DNA from: an uncultured Acidobacteriota bacterium | GTDB lineage: Bacteria > Actinomycetota > Acidimicrobiia > Spongiisociales > ZC4RG35 | NCBI GenBank assembly: GCA_963828465.1 | Contig: CAWHEU010000002.1 | Span: 151,273 to 215,272, forward strand | Reading direction: 5' to 3' | DNA length: 64,000 nucleotides | Shown here: piece after piece, positions 19,431 to 30,155 of the stretch | Position numbering within the stretch: position 1 is the first letter of the stretch | Layout of the letters: every line of letters begins with the position of its first letter | Position numbers and translations under genes: made by a program | The notes under the pieces: model-generated | What the model was told of the DNA's origin: nothing | Database searches by the model: none | Seen by the model: only the letters and a program-made list of their open reading frames with translations

Positions 19431-22400
19431 TCAGACCGCGACGGGTGACGCGTCGAGCACGAGGGCGGCGGCATCGAAGGGATTGAGTTGGCGGCCGTTG
19501 TGACGGGCAGCCTGGAACACAGGGTCGTCGAGCGAGTCGGCCATGGCGGATAGTGCGTCGAAGAGCCACATGATCAAGGGCCATGGATGCAACCCGATCC
19601 GCTCCCTGACTTCCTCCGCCGCGCCCAGGGCGATCATGCCGAGCTCAGTTTGGCCCTCCGTGAACGAAAGCGAGGCCGCCGCCTCGAGGGCGTAACAGAG
19701 GCCCTCCCGATAGTTCATGCCCCGGAACACATCGAAAGAGCGACGGAGGGCGTCTCTCGCTTCGGGGAGTCGGCCCGAGGAGATGTAGGTGAATCCCATC
19801 TGCGCTTCGGCCAGGCCGATCAGGGCACCATTGCCGAGCTCGAAGCCCAGGTCCCGGGTCGCCACCTGATACTTCTCGGCAGTCTCGACGTCGCCGTTGG
19901 ACGCGGCCAGGATGCCAAGGGCGATAAAGGCGTACCCCTCACCCCACCGATCGCCGAACCCGCGGAATCGGGCGAGCGACACCTCCAGCCTCTCGGTCAC
20001 TATCGCCGGATCCTCGCCGTCCACGGGCAGCAGGAGAGCCGATACGAAATCGGTCCAATTGTGACAATCGATGTCGCCGTTGGTCTCCAGGATCTCGACC
20101 GCCCTACCGATCGACTCCTTCGAGTCCTCGTATTGACCCATTTCGTACTGAATTCCGCCCCTGAGGTACCAAAAGCGGCCGGCGAGCGTCTCGTCGAGGT
20201 CCTCGGGCGAGCCAACAGCAGCTAGATACCGGGCGCCGTCTTTGAGGTGGTTCCCTATCCACAGATAGACCCACATACCGAAGGACATCCGCACCAGGGA
20301 GGCGTCGTCTCCCTTCTTCATGAGCCATTCGGCAGCGACGTCCATGTTGTTCCAATCGGCAGTGAAGCTCTCCACGACGGCGGATTGCTTGGTCCCGCGG
20401 AGATCCTCCAGAGAGCCCTCGGCGACCCGTACGTAGTAATCAGCGTGCCTGTCCTTCATCCACTCGTACTCGCCCGCTTCATGGAGATGACGCAGTCCGA
20501 ACTCCCTGATGGGCGCCAGCATCCTCAGACGGCCCTCACCACCCTGGGCGGGAAGGATGAGGCTGTTCTCGACGAGCACCATCAGCTGGTCGACGGCATC
20601 ACCTTCCTCGACTGCCACCTCTTGGGCTGATTCCACAGTGAAGCCCCCCTGAAACACGCACAACCTGCAGAAGAGGGTCTGCTCCTCGCGGGTCAGCAGC
20701 TGATAGCTCCAGTCGATGGCAGCATCGAGAGTCCGTTGCCGGCTGGGGACATCGGCCGCACCGGAGCCGAGAGCGTCGAGAGATTTGGTGAGCCTTTCAG
20801 ACAGCGCCCCCGGGCTGAGCATGCGGAGACGGGCCGCCGCCAATTCGATGGCAAGGGGTAGCCCGTCGACGATGCGAACGATCGAGGCCACCGGCGATGC
20901 ATTCTCCTCATCGATCGAGAATCCCGGGATCACGGCGAGGGCCCGATCGATGAACAAGCGCACCGCATCCGAGGCCGAGACCGAGTCGGGGCGGTCCGAG
21001 CCGGTGGCGGGCAGGCCGAGGGGCTCGAGTGTGTATTCGTACTCGCTCATGATCCGGAGCGGGACGCGACTGGTGGCGAGGACCTTCAGCCCGGGGCTCC
21101 GGCCGAGAAGGTCGGCGACCGACGAGCCTCCTTTGGCCACGTGCTCGAAGTTGTCGATTACAAGCAGCACCTGCTGGTCCTGGAACTCACTCGACAGGGC
21201 GTCGATGGCATCGCCCTCGATGGGTATCCCGGCAGCGCCGCCGATGGCGAGCAGCACATGGTCCGGGTCTGTGATCGCGGCCAGGTTGACGAAGTAGACC
21301 CCGTCGGGGAACTCGGCTGAGATGTCCTCTGCCACCGCCAGAGCGAGACGTGTTTTCCCGATGCCGCCCGGGCCGACGATGGTGGCGAGGCGAACGTTGG
21401 GTCGTTGCAGCATCTCTACCAGCTCGGCCAGCTCCCTACTCCGCCCGACCAAGGTGTTCTGCGATGCCGGGAGCCGCACCCTTGTGATGGATCGGGCTCG
21501 GGGAGGGGGGAAGTCGGCCCGAAGCCCTGGTGCCCGCACCTGGAATAGCTTCTCGACGCGGGAGAGGCCCTTCAGGGCGAAGGAGCCAAGGTCCTTGATC
21601 TCCCATCCCGCGTTCTGGGTTTGGCCCTCGACCAGCTCCCGGACAGGGGCGGACACGACGATCTGCCCTCCATGGGCGGAGGAGGCCACTCGTGATGCCC
21701 GGTGGACATCGAGCCCGACGTATCCCCCTGACCCGATGCGGGCGGTGCCGGTGTGGAGCCCGAGTCGCGCCTTCACCGACGCCGACTCGGGCCAGCTGCG
21801 ATCGTCGAGAGATTTCTGGATCTCGACAGTTGCGCTGACGGCCTGGAACGCATCCTGGAAGACGCTGAAAAGACGTTCCCCTTCGAGATCGACCACGGTC
21901 CCATCGTGTCGAAGGGTGGCGTCGGCCACTACCTGGTGGTATCCGGCCAGGACCTCGGCGTACTGGTCTCCGAGTTGCTCCACGAGCGTGGTCGACCCGG
22001 CCAGATCACCGAACATGAAAGTGAGGGTCCCGGCGGGCAGCGAGTCGTGGTCTGGTTCGGTCTTGGCGAACCTCTCTGCCATCACGGCCGCCAGGTCTTC
22101 GACCAGCATCTCCGCCAGCTCGCCAGGTGACTCGAAGGTCCGGGTCCTCGATCGTGCATCGGAGCGAGCCCGCTCGAGGAGACCGGTCAGGCCGTCCTCA
22201 CGTTCAGGGGCGGGCTCCTTGACATAGATGAGGCCGGGAAGACCAGAACTGGCCTCGAACTCCCGCTCCAGGTCCGACTCCCAGCCGAACGACTGCCAGT
22301 AGATGCCCACGAATATGTCGGCGTCCGCGATCGAAAGCCCGTCTTGCCCGTTGCGGCTGCCGAGATCGACCCCGATAGGGTCGAGCCTCAGGGTCTTGAT

Positions 22401-22520
22401 GGCGGATTTGGCGGCCTCGCGCTCCGATTTGAGCTCACCGAGGGTCGACGAGACAAAGACCCTCAATCTGGGGTCGTGACTGGGCGACTCGAAGCCGCTC
22501 CCCTCCCTGGTCGCATCCAC
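19431..22520 (-). CDS. DUF4062 - class III nucleotidyl cyclase - STAND ATPase - TPR protein
   Basis: RVFVSSTLGEL..ER and DIFVGIY (DUF4062); FGDLAGST, RLGLHTG, AHGGQ (cyclase); GPGGIGKT, LVIDNFEH, GLPLAIELAAAR (STAND); helical C-terminus. Confidence 0.85.
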   Translation of the reverse strand: MDATREGSGFESPSHDPRLRVFVSSTLGELKSEREAAKSAIKTLRLDPIGVDLGSRNGQDGLSIADADIFVGIYWQSFGWESDLEREFEASSGLPGLIYVKEPAPEREDGLTGLLERARSDARSRTRTFESPGELAEMLVEDLAAVMAERFAKTEPDHDSLPAGTLTFMFGDLAGSTTLVEQLGDQYAEVLAGYHQVVADATLRHDGTVVDLEGERLFSVFQDAFQAVSATVEIQKSLDDRSWPESASVKARLGLHTGTARIGSGGYVGLDVHRASRVASSAHGGQIVVSAPVRELVEGQTQNAGWEIKDLGSFALKGLSRVEKLFQVRAPGLRADFPPPRARSITRVRLPASQNTLVGRSRELAELVEMLQRPNVRLATIVGPGGIGKTRLALAVAEDISAEFPDGVYFVNLAAITDPDHVLLAIGGAAGIPIEGDAIDALSSEFQDQQVLLVIDNFEHVAKGGSSVADLLGRSPGLKVLATSRVPLRIMSEYEYTLEPLGLPATGSDRPDSVSASDAVRLFIDRALAVIPGFSIDEENASPVASIVRIVDGLPLAIELAAARLRMLSPGALSERLTKSLDALGSGAADVPSRQRTLDAAIDWSYQLLTREEQTLFCRLCVFQGGFTVESAQEVAVEEGDAVDQLMVLVENSLILPAQGGEGRLRMLAPIREFGLRHLHEAGEYEWMKDRHADYYVRVAEGSLEDLRGTKQSAVVESFTADWNNMDVAAEWLMKKGDDASLVRMSFGMWVYLWIGNHLKDGARYLAAVGSPEDLDETLAGRFWYLRGGIQYEMGQYEDSKESIGRAVEILETNGDIDCHNWTDFVSALLLPVDGEDPAIVTERLEVSLARFRGFGDRWGEGYAFIALGILAASNGDVETAEKYQVATRDLGFELGNGALIGLAEAQMGFTYISSGRLPEARDALRRSFDVFRGMNYREGLCYALEAAASLSFTEGQTELGMIALGAAEEVRERIGLHPWPLIMWLFDALSAMADSLDDPVFQAARHNGRQLNPFDAAALVLDASPVAV

Positions 22521-22565
22521 GAGTCATAACGGTAGTGAGTCGGCCGGCGCTATATAGGCCGTGGT

Positions 22566-23207
22566 TCAGCGGTCGAGGTGCTCCCAGGCGTCGGTGCTCG
22601 GGTGGGGGGAGATGTCCCAGCGGGGCAGGAAATACTGGACCAGTGGTCCGATGGCCAGGGCAAAGACAATGGTGCCGATGCCGAAGGTGCCGCCGAGGAT
22701 CCAGCCGAGAGTGAGGACCGTTATCTCGATGACGGCGCGGGTGAGCCTGATCGATGGGCCCTTGCGTGCAATCCCGGTCATCAGCCCATCGCGTGGGCCA
22801 GGTCCCAGGTTGGCTCCTATGTAGAGACCGGAGGCGATTCCGATCAAAACGACCCCGCCGAGCATCATCGACCAGGCCACACCCGTCACCTCGGCCGCCG
22901 GGATGACGACGCCGGTCAGGTCGATGACGACTCCGATGATGATTGCGTTGAGCAGCGTGCCCAACCCGTAGGGCTGGCGCAACGGCAGCCAGAGGAGGAG
23001 CACGGCCACCGAGACGATGATCGACCAAGCTCCGACCGTGAGCCCGAAGCGTCGGGCCAGCCCCTGGTGCAGGACATCCCACGGTGGCACCCCCATCCCG
23101 GATTGCAGCATCAGCCCGATGCCGATGCCGAACAGGACCAGGCCGATCAACAGTTGTGTGATGCGGCGGGGGAGACGCTCGCCGGCGACCGGGATGAGGT
23201 ACTTCAA
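22566..23207 (-). CDS. YczE/YyaS/YitT family membrane protein
   Basis: GVPPWDVLHQG, GLGTLLN, LGPGPRDGLMTG, GIGTIVFA. Confidence 0.85.
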   Translation of the reverse strand: MKYLIPVAGERLPRRITQLLIGLVLFGIGIGLMLQSGMGVPPWDVLHQGLARRFGLTVGAWSIIVSVAVLLLWLPLRQPYGLGTLLNAIIIGVVIDLTGVVIPAAEVTGVAWSMMLGGVVLIGIASGLYIGANLGPGPRDGLMTGIARKGPSIRLTRAVIEITVLTLGWILGGTFGIGTIVFALAIGPLVQYFLPRWDISPHPSTDAWEHLDR

Positions 23208-23211
23208 GACC

Positions 23212-24061
23212 TCAACCCCCCAACGCCTCGGCTATCCGCGGAGGGAGGTCGGTGCTTGTCGGCGGCATGAAGCTGACCAGCACATGATCCGCCCCCAGCT
23301 CCCTATAGGTCGCGGCGAGGTCTGCCGTCTCGGCATGGGTCGCCGGGGTAACGGAACTGGACCGACACCTCGATCTCGCTGCGCTCTCGCCCGATCTCCT
23401 CGCACGCCTCGTCGAGACGTCTCAGCGAGGCGACGAAAAGCTCCGGCTCCGAGCTGAAATCCGGGTAGTTCCACTGGTCTGCCCAGCGAGCCGCCAAGGG
23501 AATCGTCCGGCGGGGACCCGAGCCACCGATGACGAACGGCGGCCGGGGCTTCTGCACCGGCTTTGGCTCAAAGTGCGCAGAAGTGATGGTCCGATACTTC
23601 CCCTTGAAGTCGAACACCTCCTCGGTCATCAGCCCGTGCAGGATCTGGAAGGTCTCCTCGAGCATGTCGAAACGCTCCCGGACAGGTCGGAGGTCGATGT
23701 CGAAGGCCTCATGCTCACGCTCGTGCCAACCGGCACCGACTCCCAGCTCGAGTCTTCCCTGGGACATTCGATCCAGGGTCACCGCCTGCTTGGCCAGTAG
23801 GGCGGGATGCCGAAATGTGTTGGCCGTCAGCATCGTCCCGAACCGGATCCGGGTGGTGACCGCGGCCAGGCCACCGAAGAGGGTCCAGCTGTCCATGATC
23901 GGCCGCGACTCCTCGGCCCGAGGCGGGTAGAGATGGTCGTTCAGCCAGACGGCGTCCCAGAAACCGCCCCGGTCAGCCTCGATCCACACCTCACGCAGCT
24001 CGGGCCAGTCCTGATCCTGGGCCCATACCTTGAACGAATGCCGGAAGGGGCGCCCGGTCAT
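23212..24061 (-). CDS. LLM-class (probably F420-dependent) oxidoreductase (indels near the 3' end)
   Basis: WLNDHLYP, RHPALLAKQAVTLD, GRLELGVGAGW, PKPVQKPRPP; C-terminus continues in another frame after about 23335. Confidence 0.8.
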
Positions 24062-25969
24062 GGGGTTCCCGGTTCGACTACCAGGGGAACCTCGGGCAGG
24101 TCGTCGGCCGGGTCGAATCCGAACACTCTCCCATAGAAGGCGAGCTCCGACTCCAGGCTATGGATGATGTTCTCCGCCTTCCGGAACCCGTGATCCTCGC
24201 CCTCGTAGGTGATATGGGCGTGGGGAACTCCGTTCTCGGCCAGGCGCGGCGGAGATGAGCTCGGCCTGCTCCGGGGGCACCACCTTGTCATCGAGACCCT
24301 GGAACAGGATCACCGGGACCGTGATCTGGTCGACCGAGTAGAGAGGCGACCGGCGTCGCATCTCCTCCGGGTCGGTGCCGACCAAGCCGTCGAGATAGCG
24401 CGACTCGAACTTGTGGGTGTGGTCGGCGAGAAGCCCGATGTCGGCGACTCCGAAGTAGGACCCACCAGCGCTGAAGGCATCCCCGAACGCGAGGGCGGCC
24501 AAGGTGGTGTAACCGCCGGCACTGCCCCCGGTGATGATGAGCCGGTTGCCGTCGACCTCTCCTTCGGTGGCCAGATATCGGGCGGCGGCGAGACAATCCT
24601 CGACATCTGCGATACCCCATGAGTCACGCAACAGATTCCTGAATCTGCGCCCGTAACCGGTCGAGCCTCGGTAGTTGACGTCTACCAACCCGAAGCCCCT
24701 GGTCGTCCAGTACAGGAACGATGGTCTCAGGCTGGGAAAGACCTGCGACGTCGGTCCCCCATGCACCTTCACGATGAGTGGTGGCTTCTCTCCGTCTGGG
24801 CCGTCGAAGTCGGGGTTTGCCGGCGGGTAGTACACACCGTGGGCCACCTCACCGTCGGCGGTGGGGAAGGTGATGATGCGGGGTGACGGGATGTAGTCGG
24901 GCTCGGCGGGCATCGGGTTCGCGCGGACCACACTGAGGGCGCCCGTGTCGACGTCGAGCTCGTAGATGGAACTGGGCGTTGCCGGCCCGTGACCGACGAA
25001 CCAGGCGCGGGACTCACCGTCGGTGACCAAAAAACCGAGACCGGTGAGGTGGTTGGGCAGGCGTCGGAGACTGCCATCCCGGTCGACGACGCCGAGATGG
25101 TTGATCCCGCCTTCCCAGAAGGCGGTGAGGATCCTTCCCTCGGAGAGAAAGCCGAAGGTGGTGGGGCCGAAAATCCACAACGGCACCCCGAAATCGGCCT
25201 CCATCTCGACGATCGCCGCGGAGCGCTCTCCGTCAAACCGATGCAGATTCCACCACCCGCTCCGGTCGGTTGCGAACACGATGTCACCACCCGGCGACCA
25301 CTCCGGTTGGAAGATGGATTCATCGGGACCGCCGGCGACCTGCTCGATGTCGATCAGCCCGTCCTCGGTGATGGTCCCTGTGTTGAGGAGGGTCCCGTCC
25401 CAGGGCATATTGGGGTGATCCCATTCCAGCCAGAGGAGCTTCGTGCCATCCGAGGAGGGCCGAGGAGAGGCGTAGAAGTCCCGGCCCGAGGCCAGCACGG
25501 TCACATTCTGGGTGCCGGGCTCGATCCGCACGATCTCGTTTACCGCCTCGCCATCACCGTGGCTCTCCCGGACACAGACGATCCTTCCATCGGGAAGGAA
25601 CCGCCCGTCGGCATAGCGCAATGCACCCGGCTGGGAGGGCTCGGGTGTGATCGGCCCCTTGCCCAGGAGATAGAGCCGTTGGTCCGAGAGCTCCGAATAG
25701 GCCACGCTGCCGTTGCCGACGGTGAATGCCCCGCCGCCATATTCATGGACCTGGGTTCGCACGTAGATGGGTGGCGCGGTGATGTCGTCGATCTGCCCGG
25801 AATCATCCCGACGCACCAGGACCTGGCGGCCGCCTTCGGATGGGCGCCCTTCCAACCAATAGAGGTTGTCACCGTCTGCCGCGATCTGCCCAAAATCGAC
25901 GATGCCCCCGACCGTGTCGGCGGCCGAGATGGGTGACTCCCAGGTGCCATATGCTCGGGTTTGAACCAT
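24058..25969 (-). CDS. S9 family prolyl oligopeptidase/acylaminoacyl peptidase (frameshift near 24245)
   Basis: YGTWESPI, HGGPT, GGSAGGY, QGLDDKVV, EGEDHGFRK. Confidence 0.9.
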
Positions 25970-26045
25970 CGAGGCAGGCTATCGGTGTGCCGGGTGCTCG
26001 CACCAATCATTACCTTGTGGCGATGCGAGCAAACGATTGGCGCCC

Positions 26046-27119
26046 ATGAGCACACAAACCAGAGACGAAGGGCTCTACGACTACGCGCTCAGAGAGCCCA
26101 GGCTCCCCGCCCCGGAGAATCGGGAGAACGACAACATCGGCATCCCGATCGAGGCGCGGCTCGGGATGTACGAGATGCAGCAGCTTTTGCGCCAGTTCGA
26201 AAAGCGGGCGTACGACATGTTCCTCCAGAACCTCGTGAAAGGGACATCGCATCTGTCCCTGGGTCAGGAGGCCGTGGCCACCGGGTTCGGGCGGGTGATG
26301 AGACCCGATGACTTCACGTTTGCCACTTATCGCGGCCACGCCCACACGCTGGCCCGGGGGGCCGACCCGGGTGCTGTGCTCGCCGAGCTGCTCGGCAGGG
26401 AGAACGGGATCCTCAAGGGCAAGGGCGGATCGATGCACCTGACCTCGGTCGAGCACGGGATGATGGGCTCCTACGCCATCATCGGCGCCCATCTCACGAT
26501 CGCCAACGGGGCGGCATGGTCGGCCCGCATGCGAGGGACCGACCAGGTGGCCGTGTGCTTCTTCGGGGACGGGACCACCAACATCGGCGCCTTCCACGAA
26601 GCGTTGAACCTGGCCGCGATCTGGGATCTCCCGGTCGTGTTCGTGTGCGAGAACAACCTCTGGATGGAATACACGCCCATAGACCTGATCACCGCAGTGG
26701 CGAACCCGGCGGCGGACCGGGCGTCCGCCTACGGGCTGGAGGGCATCGTGGTCGACGGGAATGACGCCGACGCCGTCTACCAGGTGGCGACCCAGGCGAT
26801 CGGGAAGGCCCGACGTGGCGAGGGACCGTCATTGGTCGAGGCCCAGACCTACCGGGAACAAGGGCACAGTCGGGCGGACCCGGCGAAATACCGTCCCCCC
26901 GCCGAGGTGCAGGCCTGGAAGGAGCGGGACCCGATCCCGATGTACCACGAGAGATTGCTTCGCCTCGGTGTCCCGGAAGGTGACCTGAGCACGATCCAGC
27001 AAGACGTGGCGAAGCGGGTCGACGAGGCGACCGAATTCGCCAAGGGCGGCGCGGTGCCAGGCGAGGAGCACCTATTGACCGATGTGTGGGCTGACGGAGG
27101 CTCGGCATGGCGGAACTGA
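26046..27119 (+). CDS. TPP-dependent 2-oxoacid/acetoin dehydrogenase E1 alpha subunit
   Basis: HLSLGQEA, GKGGSMH, FFGDG...CENN, GHSRADP. Confidence 0.9.
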   Translation: MSTQTRDEGLYDYALREPRLPAPENRENDNIGIPIEARLGMYEMQQLLRQFEKRAYDMFLQNLVKGTSHLSLGQEAVATGFGRVMRPDDFTFATYRGHAHTLARGADPGAVLAELLGRENGILKGKGGSMHLTSVEHGMMGSYAIIGAHLTIANGAAWSARMRGTDQVAVCFFGDGTTNIGAFHEALNLAAIWDLPVVFVCENNLWMEYTPIDLITAVANPAADRASAYGLEGIVVDGNDADAVYQVATQAIGKARRGEGPSLVEAQTYREQGHSRADPAKYRPPAEVQAWKERDPIPMYHERLLRLGVPEGDLSTIQQDVAKRVDEATEFAKGGAVPGEEHLLTDVWADGGSAWRN

Positions 27120-28081
27120 CCTATCGGAACGCCGTTGCCTATGGCATCGCGCAGGAGATGCGACGCGACCCGAGTCTCGTCATGCTCGGGGAGGACATCG
27201 CCGGCGCGGGCGGGGTGTTCAAGACAACTGTTGGCCTTGTCGACGAGTTCGGGCCGGACCGCATCCGCGACACCCCGATCTCCGAGCAGGCGATCCTCGG
27301 CGCGGCGATGGGCGCCGCCATGACCGGAATCCCGGTGATCGCCGAGATCATGTTCTCCGATTTCATCGCGGTGTGCTTCGATCTGTTGGCCAACGAGATC
27401 GCCAAGTCGCGCTACATGACCGGGGGGCAGGTGACGATCCCGATCGTGGTTCGCACCGCCAACGGAGGCGGATCGCGATTTGGGGCACAGCATTCCCAGA
27501 GCGTGGAGAACTGGGTGATGATGATCCCGGGTCTCAAGGTTGTGGCACCATCCACACCGTTGGACGTGGTCGGCCTGCTGGCTGCTTCGATACGTGATCC
27601 TGACCCCGTGGTCTTCCTGGAGCACAAGTCGTTGATGGCCGACAAGCAGGACGTCCCGGAGGGCGAGATCCTCGACAAACTGGGGGCGGCCAGGGTGGTC
27701 CGCGAGGGCACCGACTGCACGATCGCCGCGCTTGCCTTGATGGTCCCGCGCGCCCTAGAAGCGGCCGATCGCTTAGAGGATCAGGGGATCTCGGCTGAGG
27801 TCATCGATGTGCGCACGCTCGTGCCTCTCGACACCCAGACCATCCTCGGGTCCGTGAGCAAGACCAGCAGGCTGTTCACCGTCGAGGAGAACCCCCGGCT
27901 CTGTGGTTGGGGGGCTGAGATTGCCTCCATCGTGGCCGATGAGGTTTTTTGGGACCTCGACGGCCCGGTGGTCCGCATTACGACGCCGCATATCCCCCTG
28001 CCCGCCGCGGAAGCGTTGGAGGACATGGCGATTCCGTCCGTCGATCGGATCACCGAGACGGTCACCAAACGCATGGGTTGA
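27107..28081 (+). CDS. 2-oxoacid/acetoin dehydrogenase E1 beta subunit
   Basis: GEDI, DTPISEQAILG, GAQHSQS, DPVVFLEHK, EVIDVRTLVPLD. Confidence 0.9.
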   Translation: MAELTYRNAVAYGIAQEMRRDPSLVMLGEDIAGAGGVFKTTVGLVDEFGPDRIRDTPISEQAILGAAMGAAMTGIPVIAEIMFSDFIAVCFDLLANEIAKSRYMTGGQVTIPIVVRTANGGGSRFGAQHSQSVENWVMMIPGLKVVAPSTPLDVVGLLAASIRDPDPVVFLEHKSLMADKQDVPEGEILDKLGAARVVREGTDCTIAALALMVPRALEAADRLEDQGISAEVIDVRTLVPLDTQTILGSVSKTSRLFTVEENPRLCGWGAEIASIVADEVFWDLDGPVVRITTPHIPLPAAEALEDMAIPSVDRITETVTKRMG

Positions 28082-28150
28082 GGCGCCGGGAAGGGCGGGA
28101 ATTCGGATCTGGGCTAAACCCCGGCGTCTGACAGCCGAGACAATTACTAC

Positions 28151-29125
28151 ATGACCGGTCTTCGCCCGCCGCCCAAGGCAGAAACCACGAGCCGGGTCTT
28201 CCTGCGGTTCGTGGTGCTCGTCCTCCTATTGATCGCGGCCGGGGCGGCGATCTGGACGACGGTCACCCTCGATCGCATCGAGCTCATCGAAGACGTTTCG
28301 CTCGGGGATCTAGAGAACGACACCGTCGAGACCACCAACGGCACGGTTCTCAATGTCGTGAGACAGGGAGAAGGGGCTGTTCCTCTCGTGCTGCTTCACG
28401 ACGTCGACGTGGCCGGAGGGGTGATCTGGGACGGGGTGGTTGACGAGCTCGACCCGAGATTCTCGGTGATGCGAGTCGATCTCCCAGGTTTCGGCCTCAG
28501 CGCCCGGATCCCCGAAGAGGGGAGCCGGCACACCGTCGCCTCGATGGCCGAGGAGGTCTCTGACGTCATCCAGCAGTCCTTCGGCCAGCCTGCAGTCGTC
28601 GCCGGCATCGGGCTCGGGGGCGAGGTTGCCGCCGAGATAGCTGTGACCCACCCCGATCTCGTTGCCGGCCTGGTCATGCTCGATGTCGACTTCTTCAAAC
28701 CCCGGGCATGGGACGAATTCGTCGAGAGGCTGCCGTGGGTTGGCATTGCGGCCACTTACGCCCTCGAGACCGGTGGACCGTTCGCCGCCGGTCGCTGGGC
28801 ACCCAATTGTGAGAGTGGAGGATGGTGCCCGACACCCAGCCAGGTCCAGGCACGGGATAGGGCCGAGACCATCGTGGACACATCCGAGTCGATTCATTTC
28901 TTCCGCCGGACTCCGGCCGCCTCACAGGTGCCATCGAAGCTGGGCGAGATCAACACGCCAACCAGCTATCTCTGGAGCCAGGCCGGAGATGTCCCGCGGG
29001 AATCGGTCGACCGGGTCCAGGAGGCCATGCCGGCCGCAACAGTCGAAGTGGTGACCGAGGCGTGGAAGGCACATCTGGACACCCCGGGAGTCGTGGCGTC
29101 GACCATCGCCGGCTTCCTGCAGTAG
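28151..29125 (+). CDS. membrane-anchored alpha/beta hydrolase-fold protein (nucleophile absent)
   Basis: N-terminal TM helix; VDLPGFGLS; nucleophile elbow reads GIGLGG instead of GxSxGG. Confidence 0.7.
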   Translation: MTGLRPPPKAETTSRVFLRFVVLVLLLIAAGAAIWTTVTLDRIELIEDVSLGDLENDTVETTNGTVLNVVRQGEGAVPLVLLHDVDVAGGVIWDGVVDELDPRFSVMRVDLPGFGLSARIPEEGSRHTVASMAEEVSDVIQQSFGQPAVVAGIGLGGEVAAEIAVTHPDLVAGLVMLDVDFFKPRAWDEFVERLPWVGIAATYALETGGPFAAGRWAPNCESGGWCPTPSQVQARDRAETIVDTSESIHFFRRTPAASQVPSKLGEINTPTSYLWSQAGDVPRESVDRVQEAMPAATVEVVTEAWKAHLDTPGVVASTIAGFLQ

Positions 29126-29127
29126 CC

Positions 29128-30144
29128 CTAGCGCGCCTCGAACTCGACGGTGTGGACCAGGTTGTTGGCGTAGCCCTTCTCGTTCCACTGCGGGCTCATC
29201 GGTTGGCTGTTCCCGGCCGAGTCCGTGGCCCTGGCCATCACCGTGTGCTTGCCCGGGACGACGACCACCTCATGTCGCCAGGCGACTGCCGCCAGTGGAC
29301 CCGAGCCCGTTGACATCTCTGCGGCGTGCCAGGTCTCTGCCCGATCCATCGAGACCACGACATCCTCGACAGGCCCGCTGCCTGACCATGCCGAGCCCAT
29401 GATCACGACAGGCCCGGCCGGGACCGACTCCCCGTGGCCGGGTGACGCGATCACCGACCTCACCTGGATCTCCGCAACCGGTGACGCCTGCTCGAACCTG
29501 TCGTCGCCGAGATATCGGTAGCGTTTGACGAAATGGCCGGCGAAAGGCTCGACTACCCCTTCGATAGTGGCCAGCCACTTGACCGACCGCATCGCGTAGT
29601 GCCCTGGCAATACGAACCGGATCGGCCCTCCGTGCTCCATCCCCAGCGGTTCGTCGGCCCAACGGGTGACGAGGAGCGAAGACCCGTCTTTCACCCGGTC
29701 GATGGGAACCGAGAACTGATAGTTGACATCCCCCTCCGGCCACACCGTGCCGCGATCGGACCCGGTCAGAACGAGCTCGGCGACATCGTCGGGTACCGGC
29801 CCGAGGGCATCTACGAGCCGCACACCGCCGAGCCTGATCGGGGACGCGCCGCCGAGGCCCCATGCCAGACCGCTCACCGCTGGCCGGACCAACGACCTGC
29901 CGTTGCCGGCGCATTCCAGGACCATCTCGACCTCGACCTGCTCCAGTTCCGCCAGGGTCTCCACGGACAGGCTCCGTTGCGGAATGCCCGGGAGCAGGAC
30001 ATCGACAACCTCTGGGACGTCGTCCGGGAAGGGGAAGCTGTTACGGAGATAGGCCCGATCCTGGGGGAGGGGACGCCCGTCGAACGCGGTCATGGGCACG
30101 CCGGCGTTGGGGGGCGATGTGGTGATGTACTCGAGATCGGACAC
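29128..30144 (-). CDS. sulfite oxidase-like molybdopterin oxidoreductase
   Basis: YLRN, LECAGNGR, EHGGPIRFVLPGHYAMRSVKWL, ARATDSAGNSQP, WNEKGYANN. Confidence 0.85.
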   Translation of the reverse strand: MSDLEYITTSPPNAGVPMTAFDGRPLPQDRAYLRNSFPFPDDVPEVVDVLLPGIPQRSLSVETLAELEQVEVEMVLECAGNGRSLVRPAVSGLAWGLGGASPIRLGGVRLVDALGPVPDDVAELVLTGSDRGTVWPEGDVNYQFSVPIDRVKDGSSLLVTRWADEPLGMEHGGPIRFVLPGHYAMRSVKWLATIEGVVEPFAGHFVKRYRYLGDDRFEQASPVAEIQVRSVIASPGHGESVPAGPVVIMGSAWSGSGPVEDVVVSMDRAETWHAAEMSTGSGPLAAVAWRHEVVVVPGKHTVMARATDSAGNSQPMSPQWNEKGYANNLVHTVEFEAR

Positions 30145-30155
30145 TTCGGCTGAAC

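Noticed and set aside
22566-24061. Apparent in-frame read-through of the LLM C-terminus into YczE
   Set aside because: One extra G in the G5 run near 23216 restores GGG GGT TGA; likely a homopolymer error
28081-28129. 10-bp inverted repeat after E1 beta
   Set aside because: 29-nt loop and no U-tract; at most a weak terminator or stability hairpin
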